From Bacillota bacterium (GTDB lineage Bacteria > Bacillota > Clostridia > Christensenellales > UBA1242): a stretch of DNA of 64,000 nucleotides. The notes beneath the pieces are model-generated. The model did no database searches. It saw nothing but the letters and a program-made list of their open reading frames with translations, and was not told where the DNA came from. Below, piece after piece: positions 45,209 to 54,707 of the stretch (within the stretch, counting starts at the first letter, position 1; each line of letters starts with the position of its first letter). The stretch is taken from the NCBI GenBank assembly GCA_009787915.1, contig WQSK01000001.1, positions 7,119 through 71,118 of the forward strand. Direction: 5' to 3'. The position numbers and the translations under genes were made by a program.

Positions 45209-48019
45209 ATGATTCAAAAGATTGTTGTTAAGGGTGCGCGCGAAAATAATTTGAAAAACCTTGATGTCGAGATTCCGCGCGGAAAACTGGTTGTAATGAC
45301 GGGTGTGTCAGGGAGCGGTAAATCGACCCTCGCGTTTGGTACTATTTTTGCGGAAGGGCAACGCCGTTTTATGGAAAGTTTGTCATCCTATGCGCGCCAG
45401 TTTTTGGGCAACAGCGGTAAACCCGCGGTTGATAGTATCGAGGGCTTAAGTCCGTGTATTGCGATTAACCAAAAAACCACAAGCCACAATCCGCGCTCTA
45501 CGGTTGGAACGGTTACCGAAATTTATGATTACCTAAGATTGCTGTATTCCCGTATCGGGGAGGCCTATTGCCCTGATTGTGGGAAAAAAATCTCGCGCCA
45601 AAGCATTGACCAAATTGTTACGGGGGCGTTTTCGGCTTTTAAAGAAAAGTTAGTTTTGATAGAGGCACCTGTTGCCCGTGGTCAAAAAGGTACGTTTCAA
45701 AAAGAATTCGAGAGTTACCGCCGTTCGGGCTACGCGCGCGTAAAGGTAGACGGTAATGTATATATGTTGGATGAGCCTATTGATTTGGACAAAAATATCC
45801 GCCACACTATTTCGGTTATTGTAGACCGTGTTAAAGTTATTGATGACGAACGAAGCCGTATAACCGAATCGGTCGAGTCTGCGGTTCGTTTGACCGACGG
45901 TTTGGTTGTGTTCTCGCACGAGGACGATGAAAAATTGTTTAGCAACAAACACTCTTGCGTAGATTGCGGTATCAGTATCGAGGATTTGGAACCGCGTGCT
46001 TTTAGTTTCAACAGCCCATTTGGCGCGTGCAACAATTGCACAGGGCTTGGGTTTACTTTTGAAATTGACGAGAGCATGATTATACCCGATAAGGACAAAT
46101 CTTTGGCAGATGGCGCAATTGTTGCAAGTGGCTGGAACTTTGACGGCGGTAAAGTAACAGATATGACGTTCAAAGCAATCAGCAAGCACTTTAACATTAG
46201 CATGAGCACAAAAGTAAAAGACCTCCCACCAGATGTGATGCACAAAATTCTTTATGGGTGTGACGAGAAGATAAACTATGTTTGGGATAGTCAAACCCAA
46301 CACCACGAATACATGGGCAAGTACGAGGGGATAATTCCGAACCTCAAACGTCGATTCAAGGAAACCCAAAGCGAATGGATGCGCGCCGAGATTGGGAAAC
46401 TTATGTTGAAAACAACTTGTCCAAAATGCAATGGGATGAGGCTACGTAGAGAGTCGCTTGCCGTACGTGTTGGCGGAGTAAACATTTCTGAACTTTGCCA
46501 CAAGTCAATTAAAGACACAATTCTGTTTTTTGAAAATTTGAGTTTGTCAAAAACCCACCAAACGACCGCAGAGCGTATAATCAAAGAAGTTCGCGAACGT
46601 CTTAACTTTTTGTCGAATGTCGGTTTGCATTATCTGACGCTTGCAAGGGGTTCAGATACTTTAAGCGGTGGTGAGAGTCAGCGTATTCGTTTGGCTACAC
46701 AAATCGGGAGCGGGCTTGTCGGGGTTTTGTATATTTTGGATGAACCAAGTGTTGGACTTCACCAGCACGATAATGACAAGTTGTTAAAAACCCTTAAGCG
46801 ACTTCGTGATTTGGGGAACACATTGATTGTTGTCGAACACGATGAAGACACAATTAGGGAAAGTGACTTTATCGTTGATATCGGCCCTCGCGCAGGTGTG
46901 CAAGGCGGGAAACTTGTGGCTGCGGGTACGGTTGCGGAAGTTTCCGCGTGTAAAGAAAGTTTGACAGGGCAGTATCTCTGTGGAACCAGAAAAATCGAGG
47001 TACCGAAACAATACAGACCTCTGTCAGAAAAATATATTGAAATCACAGGCGCGTCGGAGAACAACCTTAAGGGCGTTGATGTCAAGTTTCCGCTTGGTGT
47101 CTTGACCGCCGTAACGGGCGTTTCGGGGAGTGGGAAAAGTTCTTTGGTAAACAAAACTTTGTATCCTGCGCTACACAATATTTTGCATAAAGGGATTGCG
47201 AGTGTAGGCAAGCATGATATGTTGTCGGGCTTTGAGCATATTGACAAAATCATCAACATCGACCAATCCCCAATCGGGCGAACCCCGCGCAGTAACCCCG
47301 CGACATATACCGAGGTATTTGGGCCTATCCGTGATTTGTTTGCAAACACACGCGATGCGAAAGAGAGGGGTTTTGCCCCTGGGCGGTTTAGTTTCAACGT
47401 TCGCGGAGGGCGGTGCGATAATTGTGACGGTGATGGGATTAAAAAAATCGAGATGCACTTTCTCCCTGACGTTTTTGTTCCTTGCGAGGTTTGTTTAGGA
47501 AAACGATTCAACCGCGAAACCTTGGAGGTTCGTTACAAGGGCAAGACTATCCACGACGTTTTGGAAATGACGGTTGATGAAGCCGTTGTATTTTTTGAAC
47601 CGATACCGCAAATTTACAAAAAACTGAAAACCATAAAAGACGTTGGTCTTGGCTATGTTTGTTTGGGGCAGGCGGCAACGACACTTAGTGGTGGAGAGGC
47701 ACAACGGGTGAAACTTGCGAAAGAATTGTCGAAAACAAGCACGGGAAAAACCCTGTATATTTTGGACGAGCCAACAACGGGCTTGCACAGTTACGACGTG
47801 CATAAACTTATTGGGATTATTCAACGTTTGGTTGACGCAAAAAATACTGTCGTGGTAATAGAGCACAACCTTGATGTTATTAAGGTCTGTGACCACATCA
47901 TCGACCTTGGTCCAAGCGGCGGTGATGACGGCGGTACGATTATTGCAACGGGAAATCCACGCGAGATTGCCAAGGTGAAAAACAGTTTAACTGGACAACA
48001 CCTTGCAAAGATGGTGTGA
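45209..48019 (+). CDS. uvrA: excinuclease ABC subunit A
   Basis: Two ABC NBDs (GVSGSGKST/S), Zn modules (CxxC), LSGGE signatures. Confidence 0.97.
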   Translation: MIQKIVVKGARENNLKNLDVEIPRGKLVVMTGVSGSGKSTLAFGTIFAEGQRRFMESLSSYARQFLGNSGKPAVDSIEGLSPCIAINQKTTSHNPRSTVGTVTEIYDYLRLLYSRIGEAYCPDCGKKISRQSIDQIVTGAFSAFKEKLVLIEAPVARGQKGTFQKEFESYRRSGYARVKVDGNVYMLDEPIDLDKNIRHTISVIVDRVKVIDDERSRITESVESAVRLTDGLVVFSHEDDEKLFSNKHSCVDCGISIEDLEPRAFSFNSPFGACNNCTGLGFTFEIDESMIIPDKDKSLADGAIVASGWNFDGGKVTDMTFKAISKHFNISMSTKVKDLPPDVMHKILYGCDEKINYVWDSQTQHHEYMGKYEGIIPNLKRRFKETQSEWMRAEIGKLMLKTTCPKCNGMRLRRESLAVRVGGVNISELCHKSIKDTILFFENLSLSKTHQTTAERIIKEVRERLNFLSNVGLHYLTLARGSDTLSGGESQRIRLATQIGSGLVGVLYILDEPSVGLHQHDNDKLLKTLKRLRDLGNTLIVVEHDEDTIRESDFIVDIGPRAGVQGGKLVAAGTVAEVSACKESLTGQYLCGTRKIEVPKQYRPLSEKYIEITGASENNLKGVDVKFPLGVLTAVTGVSGSGKSSLVNKTLYPALHNILHKGIASVGKHDMLSGFEHIDKIINIDQSPIGRTPRSNPATYTEVFGPIRDLFANTRDAKERGFAPGRFSFNVRGGRCDNCDGDGIKKIEMHFLPDVFVPCEVCLGKRFNRETLEVRYKGKTIHDVLEMTVDEAVVFFEPIPQIYKKLKTIKDVGLGYVCLGQAATTLSGGEAQRVKLAKELSKTSTGKTLYILDEPTTGLHSYDVHKLIGIIQRLVDAKNTVVVIEHNLDVIKVCDHIIDLGPSGGDDGGTIIATGNPREIAKVKNSLTGQHLAKMV
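48000..48019 (+). repeat. 20-bp direct repeat, copy 1 (3' end of uvrA)
   Basis: ACCTTGCAAAGATGGTGTGA, identical to 48911-48930. Confidence 0.9.
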
Positions 48020-48020
48020 T

Positions 48021-48897
48021 ATGGCAATAGACTTACATGTTCATACCAACCACAGTGACGGACTTTCGTCCGTGAAGGATACACTTATTGGTTTTGAAAA
48101 CCACGCTTTTGATGTGATTTCTATTACTGACCACGACTCGATTGGTGCATATGCGGAACTGGAAAATCCCGACGTGCGAAAATTTTTTAGTGGAAAAATC
48201 TTGAATGGATGCGAAGTGACAGCGTTAGTAGGGGGGTACTGGTGCATATACTTGCATACGGTTTGATTTGAATCTGGCAAGAAAGTACTTCAAAGATATT
48301 CCACTGAGCCCAATAGTTGGACAATACGTAACAAATAAAATCAATGAAAAGTTAGATACCCTTGGAATTTCCGAACGCATGGTCTACAGCGGTGAATCTG
48401 ATTTAGGTAATGACCATGGGCTTGGAAAAGAATTTAAAAGGGTCCTCAGAAATAACAAAGATATACTGCCCCATGACTTTGATGTCGAAATGAAAGAAGC
48501 ATGGTGGTCACATTTTACAAACAAAGCAAGCATTTTCTATGTGGACTTTTCGGAAATATACCCACAATGGCGCGATGTAATTGATTCAATTCACAAATGT
48601 GGTGGAGTCGCAATCTTGGCACACCCATACGGCTATGGTCGTGAAATGAACGCCGTAATAAAAACCTTAATTGAGCACATCGATGGCATTGAATGTTACA
48701 GGTCGAAGGGTGAGTTGACCCCTGAACAAATTGATTATCTTTTGTCAATATGTAAAGGGAAAGATTTATATATCACAGGAGGCAGTGATTGGCATGGTTC
48801 AAAAAGCGGGAAAGATGCACCCCGCATCCCAAGAAGGAATAAAACAACAGTTCCAACAGAATTATTAAACAGGTTTAGCAGCAAGCATTTTTCTTAA
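48021..48897 (+). pseudogene. PHP-domain phosphoesterase, disrupted by two -1 homopolymer frameshifts
   Basis: MAIDLHVHTNHSDG...ITDHD in frame 0. The conserved GVLVHILAYG appears only in another frame after the G6 run (48231-36). A second shift at the T-run (48262-64) leads into the DLNLARKYF... ORF (48268-48897). Confidence 0.75.
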
Positions 48898-48910
48898 TTC
48901 GATTGCCCAA

Positions 48911-48930
48911 ACCTTGCAAAGATGGTGTGA
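48911..48930 (+). repeat. 20-bp direct repeat, copy 2
   Basis: ACCTTGCAAAGATGGTGTGA, identical to the uvrA 3' end. Immediately followed by TGgTATAAT (48938-43). Confidence 0.9.
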
Positions 48931-48948
48931 GAAATGGTATAATTCTGT

Positions 48949-49500
48949 ATGAATATTGGTGTAGACGTAGATGGTGTTTTGACAAGGCTTGTTGAATTTG
49001 TGCGGGCGAGGACAGGACTCGAAAAATTTGAAGATTACTATGGTTTTGTTCAATCGTTTGTTGGAAACGGGTCAAACAAAGATTTTTGGGCTGGGAGCAT
49101 TTGGGATTATACAAAGTTACCGCCGATTGATGGTGCGGTTAAAAACTTGAAGAAGTTGCGACAAGACGGGCACAAGATAATCATAAATACTAACCGTTGG
49201 TTTTACGAGAGGGAAGATGAACTGGGTAACAAAATGCGTGAGGCTGTTCACAAGTGGTTTGATAAATACGAAGTGCCTTATGACGAGTTTGTCTTTGCAA
49301 AAGGGGACAAAGCGAAAGTTGTGAAAGAATATAAACTTGATATCCATATTGATGATGCTCCGCACGAGATTCAGGTTGTTAGACCGCATATACCTGTGAT
49401 TGTTTTTGACGCGGATTATAACAAAGAGTTCGCAGGCGAAAATATTATCAGGGTCAAAAACTGGGATGAAATATACAGGGTAATAAGTTCTTGGGGTTGA
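48949..49500 (+). CDS. HAD-superfamily 5'(3')-deoxyribonucleotidase-like hydrolase
   Basis: Motif I IGVDVDGVLT. NT5C-like size and layout. Confidence 0.65.
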   Translation: MNIGVDVDGVLTRLVEFVRARTGLEKFEDYYGFVQSFVGNGSNKDFWAGSIWDYTKLPPIDGAVKNLKKLRQDGHKIIINTNRWFYEREDELGNKMREAVHKWFDKYEVPYDEFVFAKGDKAKVVKEYKLDIHIDDAPHEIQVVRPHIPVIVFDADYNKEFAGENIIRVKNWDEIYRVISSWG

Positions 49501-49515
49501 GTGGGTGATTACACA

Positions 49516-50016
49516 ATGAGTGACTTTCATACAATAGAATCCGCACGCGGTCAGTTCCCGTTGACTCTGCACCCCGACAAGCGCGAAAGTTGGGACACAG
49601 GTAAATTTCCGCGTGTAATGATAATGACACCGAGGCTGATTTTGGAAGGAACCGACGAGGGCCAGTGTGTGGAACTTGATGTTTATATGAAATCAACTTA
49701 TCACGAGGATATAGTTGAGGATTATGCTTTTGACGGGTCTTTGCGGCTGCATAAGAGCGGCGAGGTCGAATACTATATTGACAGGGGTTTTAAGGGCAAC
49801 GGGTTTGCTACTGAGGCAGTAGAGGGGGCGAAACTCTTTTTGGCGCAGAGGAAGATTTCCCCGTTTTTGCGTATCAAAGAAAGTAATCTTGACAGCCAGA
49901 AGGTTGCCCTGAAAACTGGTTTTTATCATGCGGAAACAATTAAAGCGGTAACACCCGAAGAAGATAAAAAGTTGTACAGGCTTGCGTTGGCGCAAAAAAC
50001 CGTTGACGCATTGTGA
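49516..50016 (+). CDS. GNAT family N-acetyltransferase
   Basis: RGFKGNGFATEAVEGAKLFL acetyl-CoA-binding-like motif and SQKVALKTGF. Confidence 0.65.
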   Translation: MSDFHTIESARGQFPLTLHPDKRESWDTGKFPRVMIMTPRLILEGTDEGQCVELDVYMKSTYHEDIVEDYAFDGSLRLHKSGEVEYYIDRGFKGNGFATEAVEGAKLFLAQRKISPFLRIKESNLDSQKVALKTGFYHAETIKAVTPEEDKKLYRLALAQKTVDAL

Positions 50017-51000
50017 TTAAACTTTTCGCACCCATTGCCCAAGTTCTTCGTCCTTAACGACTGGGGATTTGTTAGACGACAAAAATTTACAAATCTGATA
50101 GACATCAATCCAGATTTCGCCGTTGCCGTCTTCTTGGGATTCGTCAAGGATTATTTGCATCCCAAAGTGGAGGTGCGGTTTGGCTTCTGGCATATTTGTA
50201 TTTTCCTTGGAGGAATAACCTGTGCGCCCCAAAAAACCCACAATGTCGCCTGCATTAACTTTGGTTCCGATTTCAAAGTGCATAGGGTAGGGGTTGTCTT
50301 TTTTAAGATGGGCATAGTAGTAGTATCTTTTTGTGTCATCGGACCGAATTCCGACGCGCCAACCGCCATATCGATTCCAACCAAGTTCCGTGATTGTACC
50401 GCCTTCGACCGCGATGATTGGGGTACCGACACCGCCGAACAGGTCATGCCCTAAGTGCTTGCGTTTGAAACCATATGAACGGCCTACGCCAAAGTCATCA
50501 TACCCCGTGTGCCAAAAGTCTTTTGCTATGGGGTGGAAACCAATTGTGTTTCCTGTCAGAGGGTCAATTATTCCATCCAAAACCGCGTGGAAACTCTCGA
50601 CGTAATATTTAAAGTATTTATTATCTGCGTACTTGTCGAGGCTCGCGGTATTACCTGCTTTGATTTCACCAACAAGTTTGTCCAAAACAGGGCCGTCGGT
50701 TTTAAAGTTGAACTTGTTACCGTTTTTTGTCGCAACGAAAGCGAGCAATTCGCACGTCCCAATGTTGTCAATTTGGTTTTCTAGGAACTTCTTATGCGCG
50801 GATTGTGCTTTTTTGATAATCTTTGACGAGGCGTTAAAATCAATCCAGCGAATGTTCGACTTTTCAATTGATTCTTGTGATTCTTCGGTGGATTGGGTTT
50901 CTTCAGTTACTTCAGCGAAGTTGCAATTTCGGTCTGTAGAAAAACCGAATAAAAAGGCCGAAGATATCAACAAGCAAAAAAGGGCGGTGAATTTTCTCAT
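50017..51000 (-). CDS. M23 family metallopeptidase (secreted)
   Basis: Signal peptide. HLGHDLFGGVGTPI and PHLHFGMQI Zn-ligand motifs. Confidence 0.85.
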   Translation of the reverse strand: MRKFTALFCLLISSAFLFGFSTDRNCNFAEVTEETQSTEESQESIEKSNIRWIDFNASSKIIKKAQSAHKKFLENQIDNIGTCELLAFVATKNGNKFNFKTDGPVLDKLVGEIKAGNTASLDKYADNKYFKYYVESFHAVLDGIIDPLTGNTIGFHPIAKDFWHTGYDDFGVGRSYGFKRKHLGHDLFGGVGTPIIAVEGGTITELGWNRYGGWRVGIRSDDTKRYYYYAHLKKDNPYPMHFEIGTKVNAGDIVGFLGRTGYSSKENTNMPEAKPHLHFGMQIILDESQEDGNGEIWIDVYQICKFLSSNKSPVVKDEELGQWVRKV

Positions 51001-51048
51001 TGGATTAATATGTGCAAAAAATTGACTTTTATAACATTACCTGCAAAA

Positions 51049-51088
51049 AGCCCGACCTCTTGACAGTTGGGTTTTTTTGTGTTATAAT
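51049..51088 (+). promoter_or_regulatory. hairpin fused to a consensus promoter (module copy 2)
   Basis: Stem AGCCCGAC (51049-56) / GTTGGGTT (51066-73) followed by a T-run. TTGACA (51060-65), 17-nt spacer, TGtTATAAT (-10 at 51083-88). About 93 percent identical to 30231-30269. Confidence 0.65.
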
Positions 51089-51094
51089 CATAGC

Positions 51095-51421
51095 ATGAAT
51101 TTAGAAACTGGAATACAAGAAATTAAAGAGTTAGTTAAGAAATATCAGAACGGAGAAATCAGCCTCGAAGTATTTGGGCAGGAGCGCAAGGCAATAGAGA
51201 ATGGACATGCCCAAAATTTGTACTCCCAGTGGCGAAAAACCGCAGACGCAGTTACATCAAGAGTGCAAAGGCAAAATGATGAAGCCGAAAAAGAACTAAT
51301 GACGAAGATTAATGGTGGTGTTTGTCCGCCAGAATATTGCGGTCATCTGAATCCAAGCAGATTCAGTATTTGCAAAGCCCCAAGTTGCCTAAACCCAAAG
51401 TGTGTTGAACCCAAATTTTAG
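51095..51421 (+). CDS. hypothetical protein with Cys-rich C-terminus
   Basis: ATG lies 6 nt after the TATAAT. The track GTG at 51077 is rejected because it sits inside the promoter. Confidence 0.5.
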   Translation: MNLETGIQEIKELVKKYQNGEISLEVFGQERKAIENGHAQNLYSQWRKTADAVTSRVQRQNDEAEKELMTKINGGVCPPEYCGHLNPSRFSICKAPSCLNPKCVEPKF

Positions 51422-51434
51422 TGCTTAAATTAAG

Positions 51435-51511
51435 TGGTAGGGATGAGTGGACTCGAACCACCGACCACCGCCTTATCAGAGCGGTGCTCTAACCAACTGA
51501 GCTACATCCCT
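51435..51511 (-). tRNA. tRNA-Ile (anticodon GAU)
   Basis: Hand-folded cloverleaf: acceptor AGGGATG/CATCCCT, D-arm GCTCAGTTGGTTAGAGC, anticodon loop CTGATAA, T-arm GGTGGTTCGAGTCCACT, encoded CCA. Confidence 0.9.
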
Positions 51512-51525
51512 ACGAGTGCAACGAG

Positions 51526-51569
51526 TAGGGATGCAAGGTTCTGACGTAGTCAGGTTCTTTCAATCCCTA
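51526..51569. repeat. covarying hairpin family, copy A
   Basis: TAGGGAT G CAAGGTT CTGAC GTA GTCAG GTTCTTT CA ATCCCTA. The outer stem has the same sequence as the tRNA-Ile acceptor stem. Confidence 0.7.
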
Positions 51570-51603
51570 TGAACGAGTGCAATAAACTTTTATATCATAC
51601 TGT

Positions 51604-52161
51604 ATGCGACAAGTCAAGCCTGTTGCACTAGTTGGCTTGATGTTTTGTGAAAGGGTGTGCTATGATGGTGGCATGATTATTTGCAAAGGAATACTTGGCG
51701 AGGAGAAAACGATTGAGGCGAAGGACCTTAAATTTGCGGTATCGGTTTATGCCGTTGCGATTCGTGAAAACAAGATTTTGATTTCCCCGCAATGGTGTGA
51801 TAACGGATATGACTTCCCAGGCGGACATATCGATTTGGGCGAGGTCCACACAGACGCCCTTGTGCGCGAGGTCAAAGAAGAAACTGGTATGGATATAAAA
51901 CCTGGTAACCCGATTGCGGTGGGTACGTCTTTTTTTGTGACGCCTAGGCGTAAAGAATGTCATCAATCGGTACAAATTTATTTTGAAGCAACTGTTGTGG
52001 GCGGGGAGATTTCGACCTCTGGCTTTGACGAAGGGGAGTCGGCATATGCCAAGGAAGCAAAATTTGTTACTTTAAAAGAACTAAAAAAAATGAAGTGGAT
52101 GAATACAAACCAAAAACCTATGACCGAGATTTTGCGGTATCTTGAAGGCAAGACAAAATGA
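51604..52161 (+). CDS. Nudix hydrolase
   Basis: Nudix box GGHIDLGEVHTDALVREVKEETGM. ATG lies 5 nt after TATCAT (51593-98). Confidence 0.8.
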   Translation: MRQVKPVALVGLMFCERVCYDGGMIICKGILGEEKTIEAKDLKFAVSVYAVAIRENKILISPQWCDNGYDFPGGHIDLGEVHTDALVREVKEETGMDIKPGNPIAVGTSFFVTPRRKECHQSVQIYFEATVVGGEISTSGFDEGESAYAKEAKFVTLKELKKMKWMNTNQKPMTEILRYLEGKTK

Positions 52162-52880
52162 TTGCAAAAATTACGGATGATAAAACCATTGTTGTTTATG
52201 ACAAGAGCCAATTCGATTGGTACGCAATAAGGAACTCGGGTCAGATTTTTGTTGACCCGCCATGTGTTGTTACCGAGGAATCCAACAAAATTGTGATTAA
52301 AGCAACTGGTAAAAAAGACAGTCGGTGGCTTTTTGATTTCTTTGATTTAGGAACGGATTACAATGCGATAAAAAAAGACTTGGCGGGCTTTGGACTCTTG
52401 TGCGACGCGATGAAGTTTGGTTTCGGAATCAGGATTTTAAAACAACCCTTTGTGTCTTGCGCGATTTCGTTTATAATCTCGGCGAACAACAATATAAAAA
52501 GGTTCGCCAAAACAATCGAACAAATTGATTTTGATGATTTGGAAAAATATACGGTGGAGGACTTTGCAAGGATGGGGTGCGGATATCGTGCGCCGTATCT
52601 ATATAACGCTGTGCGCCAACTTAAAAGTATGTCGTTCGAGGAACTAAAAACTTTTGACAACGCGCGATTGAGAAAAACCCTTATGAGCATATCGGGGGTT
52701 GGGCCTAAGGTCGCGGATTGTATTATGTTGTTTGCTTTTCACAGGTTGGATGTGGCACCCGTGGATACGTGGATTGCGCGCGCGAACTTGCCCCAAACAA
52801 TCATGGGGCATAGGTACGCAGGGGTTGCGCAACAATACGTGTTTTACTATTTACAACACTTAAAAAAATCGTTAAAATAA
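52158..52880 (+). CDS. ogg: 8-oxoguanine DNA glycosylase (HhH-GPD, OGG type)
   Basis: ISGVGPKVADCIMLFAF...VAPVDTWI, giving the HhH, catalytic Lys and Asp pattern. Confidence 0.8.
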   Translation: MIAKITDDKTIVVYDKSQFDWYAIRNSGQIFVDPPCVVTEESNKIVIKATGKKDSRWLFDFFDLGTDYNAIKKDLAGFGLLCDAMKFGFGIRILKQPFVSCAISFIISANNNIKRFAKTIEQIDFDDLEKYTVEDFARMGCGYRAPYLYNAVRQLKSMSFEELKTFDNARLRKTLMSISGVGPKVADCIMLFAFHRLDVAPVDTWIARANLPQTIMGHRYAGVAQQYVFYYLQHLKKSLK

Positions 52881-52884
52881 AATC

Positions 52885-53322
52885 ATGCAAATAATAGTCA
52901 ATGTTGTTATTGAAAAAGAGGGCAAAGTCCTTATGGTTCAAGAAAACTGGGGCAAGTTCGTAGGGGTTTGGAATTTCCCAGCAGGACGCCTTGACGAAAA
53001 CGAGGGGGTCTTTGCCGCCGCAATTCGTGAGGCAAAAGAAGAAACAGGCTATGACGTTGAGTTGACAGGTGTGTTGGATATCCAGAATTGTGTCTATCCC
53101 GACAGACACGTTATCCATATTATTTTTACCGCTAAAATTATTGGAGGGGAAATTAAGTTCGACCCCAAAGAAATCATGGATGTAAAATTTATCGAGATTA
53201 AAAAACTTTTGGGTATGGGGGATAAAGAATTGCGGTCAAGCATTTGTCGAAAGGCAACGATTCAGAGGTTGGCGGACAAAAAGGTTTTTCCACTTGAAAT
53301 AGTTAGGGATTTCAAAATATGA
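52885..53322 (+). CDS. Nudix hydrolase
   Basis: Nudix box GRLDENEGVFAAAIREAKEETGY. Confidence 0.8.
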   Translation: MQIIVNVVIEKEGKVLMVQENWGKFVGVWNFPAGRLDENEGVFAAAIREAKEETGYDVELTGVLDIQNCVYPDRHVIHIIFTAKIIGGEIKFDPKEIMDVKFIEIKKLLGMGDKELRSSICRKATIQRLADKKVFPLEIVRDFKI

Positions 53323-53897
53323 TTGAATTTTTTCAAATTCATGTTCCGATGTGGGTTTGGGGGATTAGTCAGGCAGTTGGCTTTGTGGGCATGGTTATAA
53401 TTTTTATCGCGCTCCAACAAAAGTCGAAAACACGACAACTTTATTTACAGTCTTTGGCATTGGTTTTTGCCGTTATAGCAAACTCTTTGATTCTTAACAT
53501 GATACTGGTTGCGAACCTATCTGTGAATGTTATTAAAAATTTTACTTATGCCGTACTTGATTCCCGAAAGGATAAAATAAAAAATTGGACCAAACATTTC
53601 TTTTTTGCCCTGTTCACGGTTTTAAGTTTTACCGTAACATTTCTTGTGTGGTTGTTTTTTAGGGATACCTGGACTTGGTTAAACCTTATAATACTTGTCA
53701 GTGTCGTGGTGATGAATTATGCAAAAGTATACAAAAGCGTCCATTGGGTCAAGTGGGGGATGTTTGCAAATGGTTGGTTGCTTTTGATAAATGCGTTTAT
53801 GTTTGCAAATATAATGGGAGGGATTTCTTCGTTAATAATAATAGTTTCGGTCATAGTCTTTTATATAAAAAGAAAAGAAAAAGAAATTAGGAGTTGA
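53319..53897 (+). CDS. inner-membrane protein, YgjV-like
   Basis: Six hydrophobic helices. N-terminus is similar to the partial gene at 1-202. Confidence 0.5.
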   Translation: MIEFFQIHVPMWVWGISQAVGFVGMVIIFIALQQKSKTRQLYLQSLALVFAVIANSLILNMILVANLSVNVIKNFTYAVLDSRKDKIKNWTKHFFFALFTVLSFTVTFLVWLFFRDTWTWLNLIILVSVVVMNYAKVYKSVHWVKWGMFANGWLLLINAFMFANIMGGISSLIIIVSVIVFYIKRKEKEIRS

Positions 53898-53929
53898 TTT
53901 TGTAAAACATTTATACTATAAATAGTATC

Positions 53930-54142
53930 ATGACTGAACACACTGAAACGCAGAGAATGAAAGACGGAAATTATCTTATTATAAAGTGGAATGTAAGCCC
54001 CATGGGTAGTTGGGAGGTCCGTGCCGCGGAGGTAAAAGATAAAGAAGTGGTCTGGGCTAGGAATGCGCTTGCTGCGGGTGAATCAACAAAGAAAAAAGAT
54101 TTATCTATCGCCAGGGGAAAAATGTACGAAGAACTACACTAA
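53930..54142 (+). CDS. hypothetical small protein
   Basis: ORF preceded by TTGATT, 17-nt spacer, TATAAA, then a 7-nt gap to the ATG. Confidence 0.45.
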   Translation: MTEHTETQRMKDGNYLIIKWNVSPMGSWEVRAAEVKDKEVVWARNALAAGESTKKKDLSIARGKMYEELH

Positions 54143-54694
54143 CCCGACGATTGCGATTATCATTAATATGACTCCGCTGAGCCAAGATAGGTCGATTGTC
54201 GTTCGTTCTTTTACTTTGCCACCAATATATTGTCCGACGGCAAAAACCAATGGGTCGGTTATTAGGGATAGGACGATTGCCGCGATTATAAAGGGAAGTC
54301 CTAGACTGGCAATAGTCGCCCCGAACCCAACCGCGAACCCGTCGAAGGATAGGGCTATGCCGATTGCAAAGGTTTCCCTCCATGTAAATTTTGTGTTTTC
54401 GGTGTTTTGTTCTCCGCGTGAAACAAACCATTGGGTCAACTTTATTATTCCAAAACAAAAAAGTATTCCAAACGAAACCCACTTTGTAATTTCGGGGTCG
54501 ATGATTGGCCTTAATAGATAACCTGAAAAAAGTCCCGCGCCGATTACGATGGTACCCAAAAGGTTTATTACAAAGATTTTTGATGGGGGGACTTTGTTTT
54601 TGCCTGTGCCATATCCAAACCCGCATGCGAATAGGTCAACCGATATGACTAAAATAAAGCCGATTACGACCCACGCGATATGTATGGACTCCAT
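54134..54694 (-). CDS. YtaF/MntP-family membrane protein
   Basis: SVDLFACGFGYG and SFDGFAVGFG duplicated DUF204-type motifs. Confidence 0.65.
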   Translation of the reverse strand: MESIHIAWVVIGFILVISVDLFACGFGYGTGKNKVPPSKIFVINLLGTIVIGAGLFSGYLLRPIIDPEITKWVSFGILFCFGIIKLTQWFVSRGEQNTENTKFTWRETFAIGIALSFDGFAVGFGATIASLGLPFIIAAIVLSLITDPLVFAVGQYIGGKVKERTTIDLSWLSGVILMIIAIVGLV

Positions 54695-54707
54695 GCCTCA
54701 GGTTATG

